From Duncaniella sp. (lineage in GTDB: Bacteria; Bacteroidota; Bacteroidia; Bacteroidales; Muribaculaceae), in assembly GCA_022511285.1 (NCBI GenBank), contig JAFLRW010000001.1:1-50204 (forward strand): a stretch of DNA of 50,204 bases, read 5' to 3'. Position 1 is the first letter of the stretch; each line of letters starts with the position of its first letter. The notes below the pieces were generated by a model. It was given only the letters and a program-made list of their open reading frames with translations, had not been told where the DNA came from and did not search any database. Below are positions 49,923-50,204 of the stretch, piece by piece. Made by a program: the position numbers and the translations under genes.

Positions 49923-49953
49923 CGTGTGACCGGGATTCTACCCCTTCAATGAG

Positions 49954-49985
49954 TTTGCTGATTTTTGAAAAAATTAGTAATTTTG
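49954..49985 (+). promoter_or_regulatory. mdh promoter TTTG-N20-TAATTTTG
   Basis: Both consensus elements present. Confidence 0.75.
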
Positions 49986-50019
49986 CGTCATCAACTCTAA
50001 AATATACAAGAACCGAATT

Positions 50020-50204
50020 ATGTCAAAGGTAACAGTAGTGGGCGCCGGCAACGTAGGCGCAACTTGTGCAAATGTACTGGTGATGTGTGGTATTGCCGAC
50101 GAGGTTGTGCTCCTTGATATCAAAGAGGGAGTGTCAGAAGGCAAGGCAATGGACATTATGCAGACTGCATCCATCCTCAATCTCAACACCGTGCTCTGCG
50201 GCGT
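50020..50204 (+). CDS. mdh: Malate dehydrogenase (LDH/MDH family), 5' part, truncated by the window
   Basis: MSKVTVVGAGNVGATCA...VVLLDIKEGVSEGKAMDIMQ. Confidence 0.9.
   Translation, partial: MSKVTVVGAGNVGATCANVLVMCGIADEVVLLDIKEGVSEGKAMDIMQTASILNLNTVLCG

Overview
This window is core chromosome of a gut Bacteroidales bacterium. It looks Muribaculaceae-like, based on TAnnTTTG promoters, short C-terminal secretion signals and gene order. From 0.2 to 34.4 kb nearly all genes are on the minus strand: TlpA, a GH28 hydrolase, sufE, an uncharacterised envelope operon behind a DEAD-box helicase, the dcw cluster rsmH-ftsL-ftsI-murE-mraY-murD-ftsW-murG-murC-ftsQ-ftsA-ftsZ (no mraZ), a T9SS-type protein, DUF1573 x2 with meaB, three FKBPs, an LD-carboxypeptidase and a radical SAM gene. 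From 34.5 kb onward genes are mostly on the plus strand: a GNAT toxin-antitoxin pair, ybeY-mnmG-parS-apt-uvrC, an acyltransferase, dnaX (minus), purC-ubiE/menG-DUF3467-cysS, a BspA-like LRR protein and the start of mdh. The main unexplained structures are: (1) a ~425-bp islet bounded by an exact 18-bp duplication of an FKBP gene 3' end, carrying an orphan minimal antitoxin (missed by the ORF track) and a probable toxin stump, with a related intact TA pair ~4.5 kb away; (2) three ~19-bp repeats over a second promoter where mraZ is missing; (3) a perfect parS site near the gene-orientation switch; (4) a 668-aa bitopic protein of unknown function. No rRNA, tRNA, CRISPR array, integrase or transposase was seen. 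All family assignments come from motif recognition by eye, not database searches.
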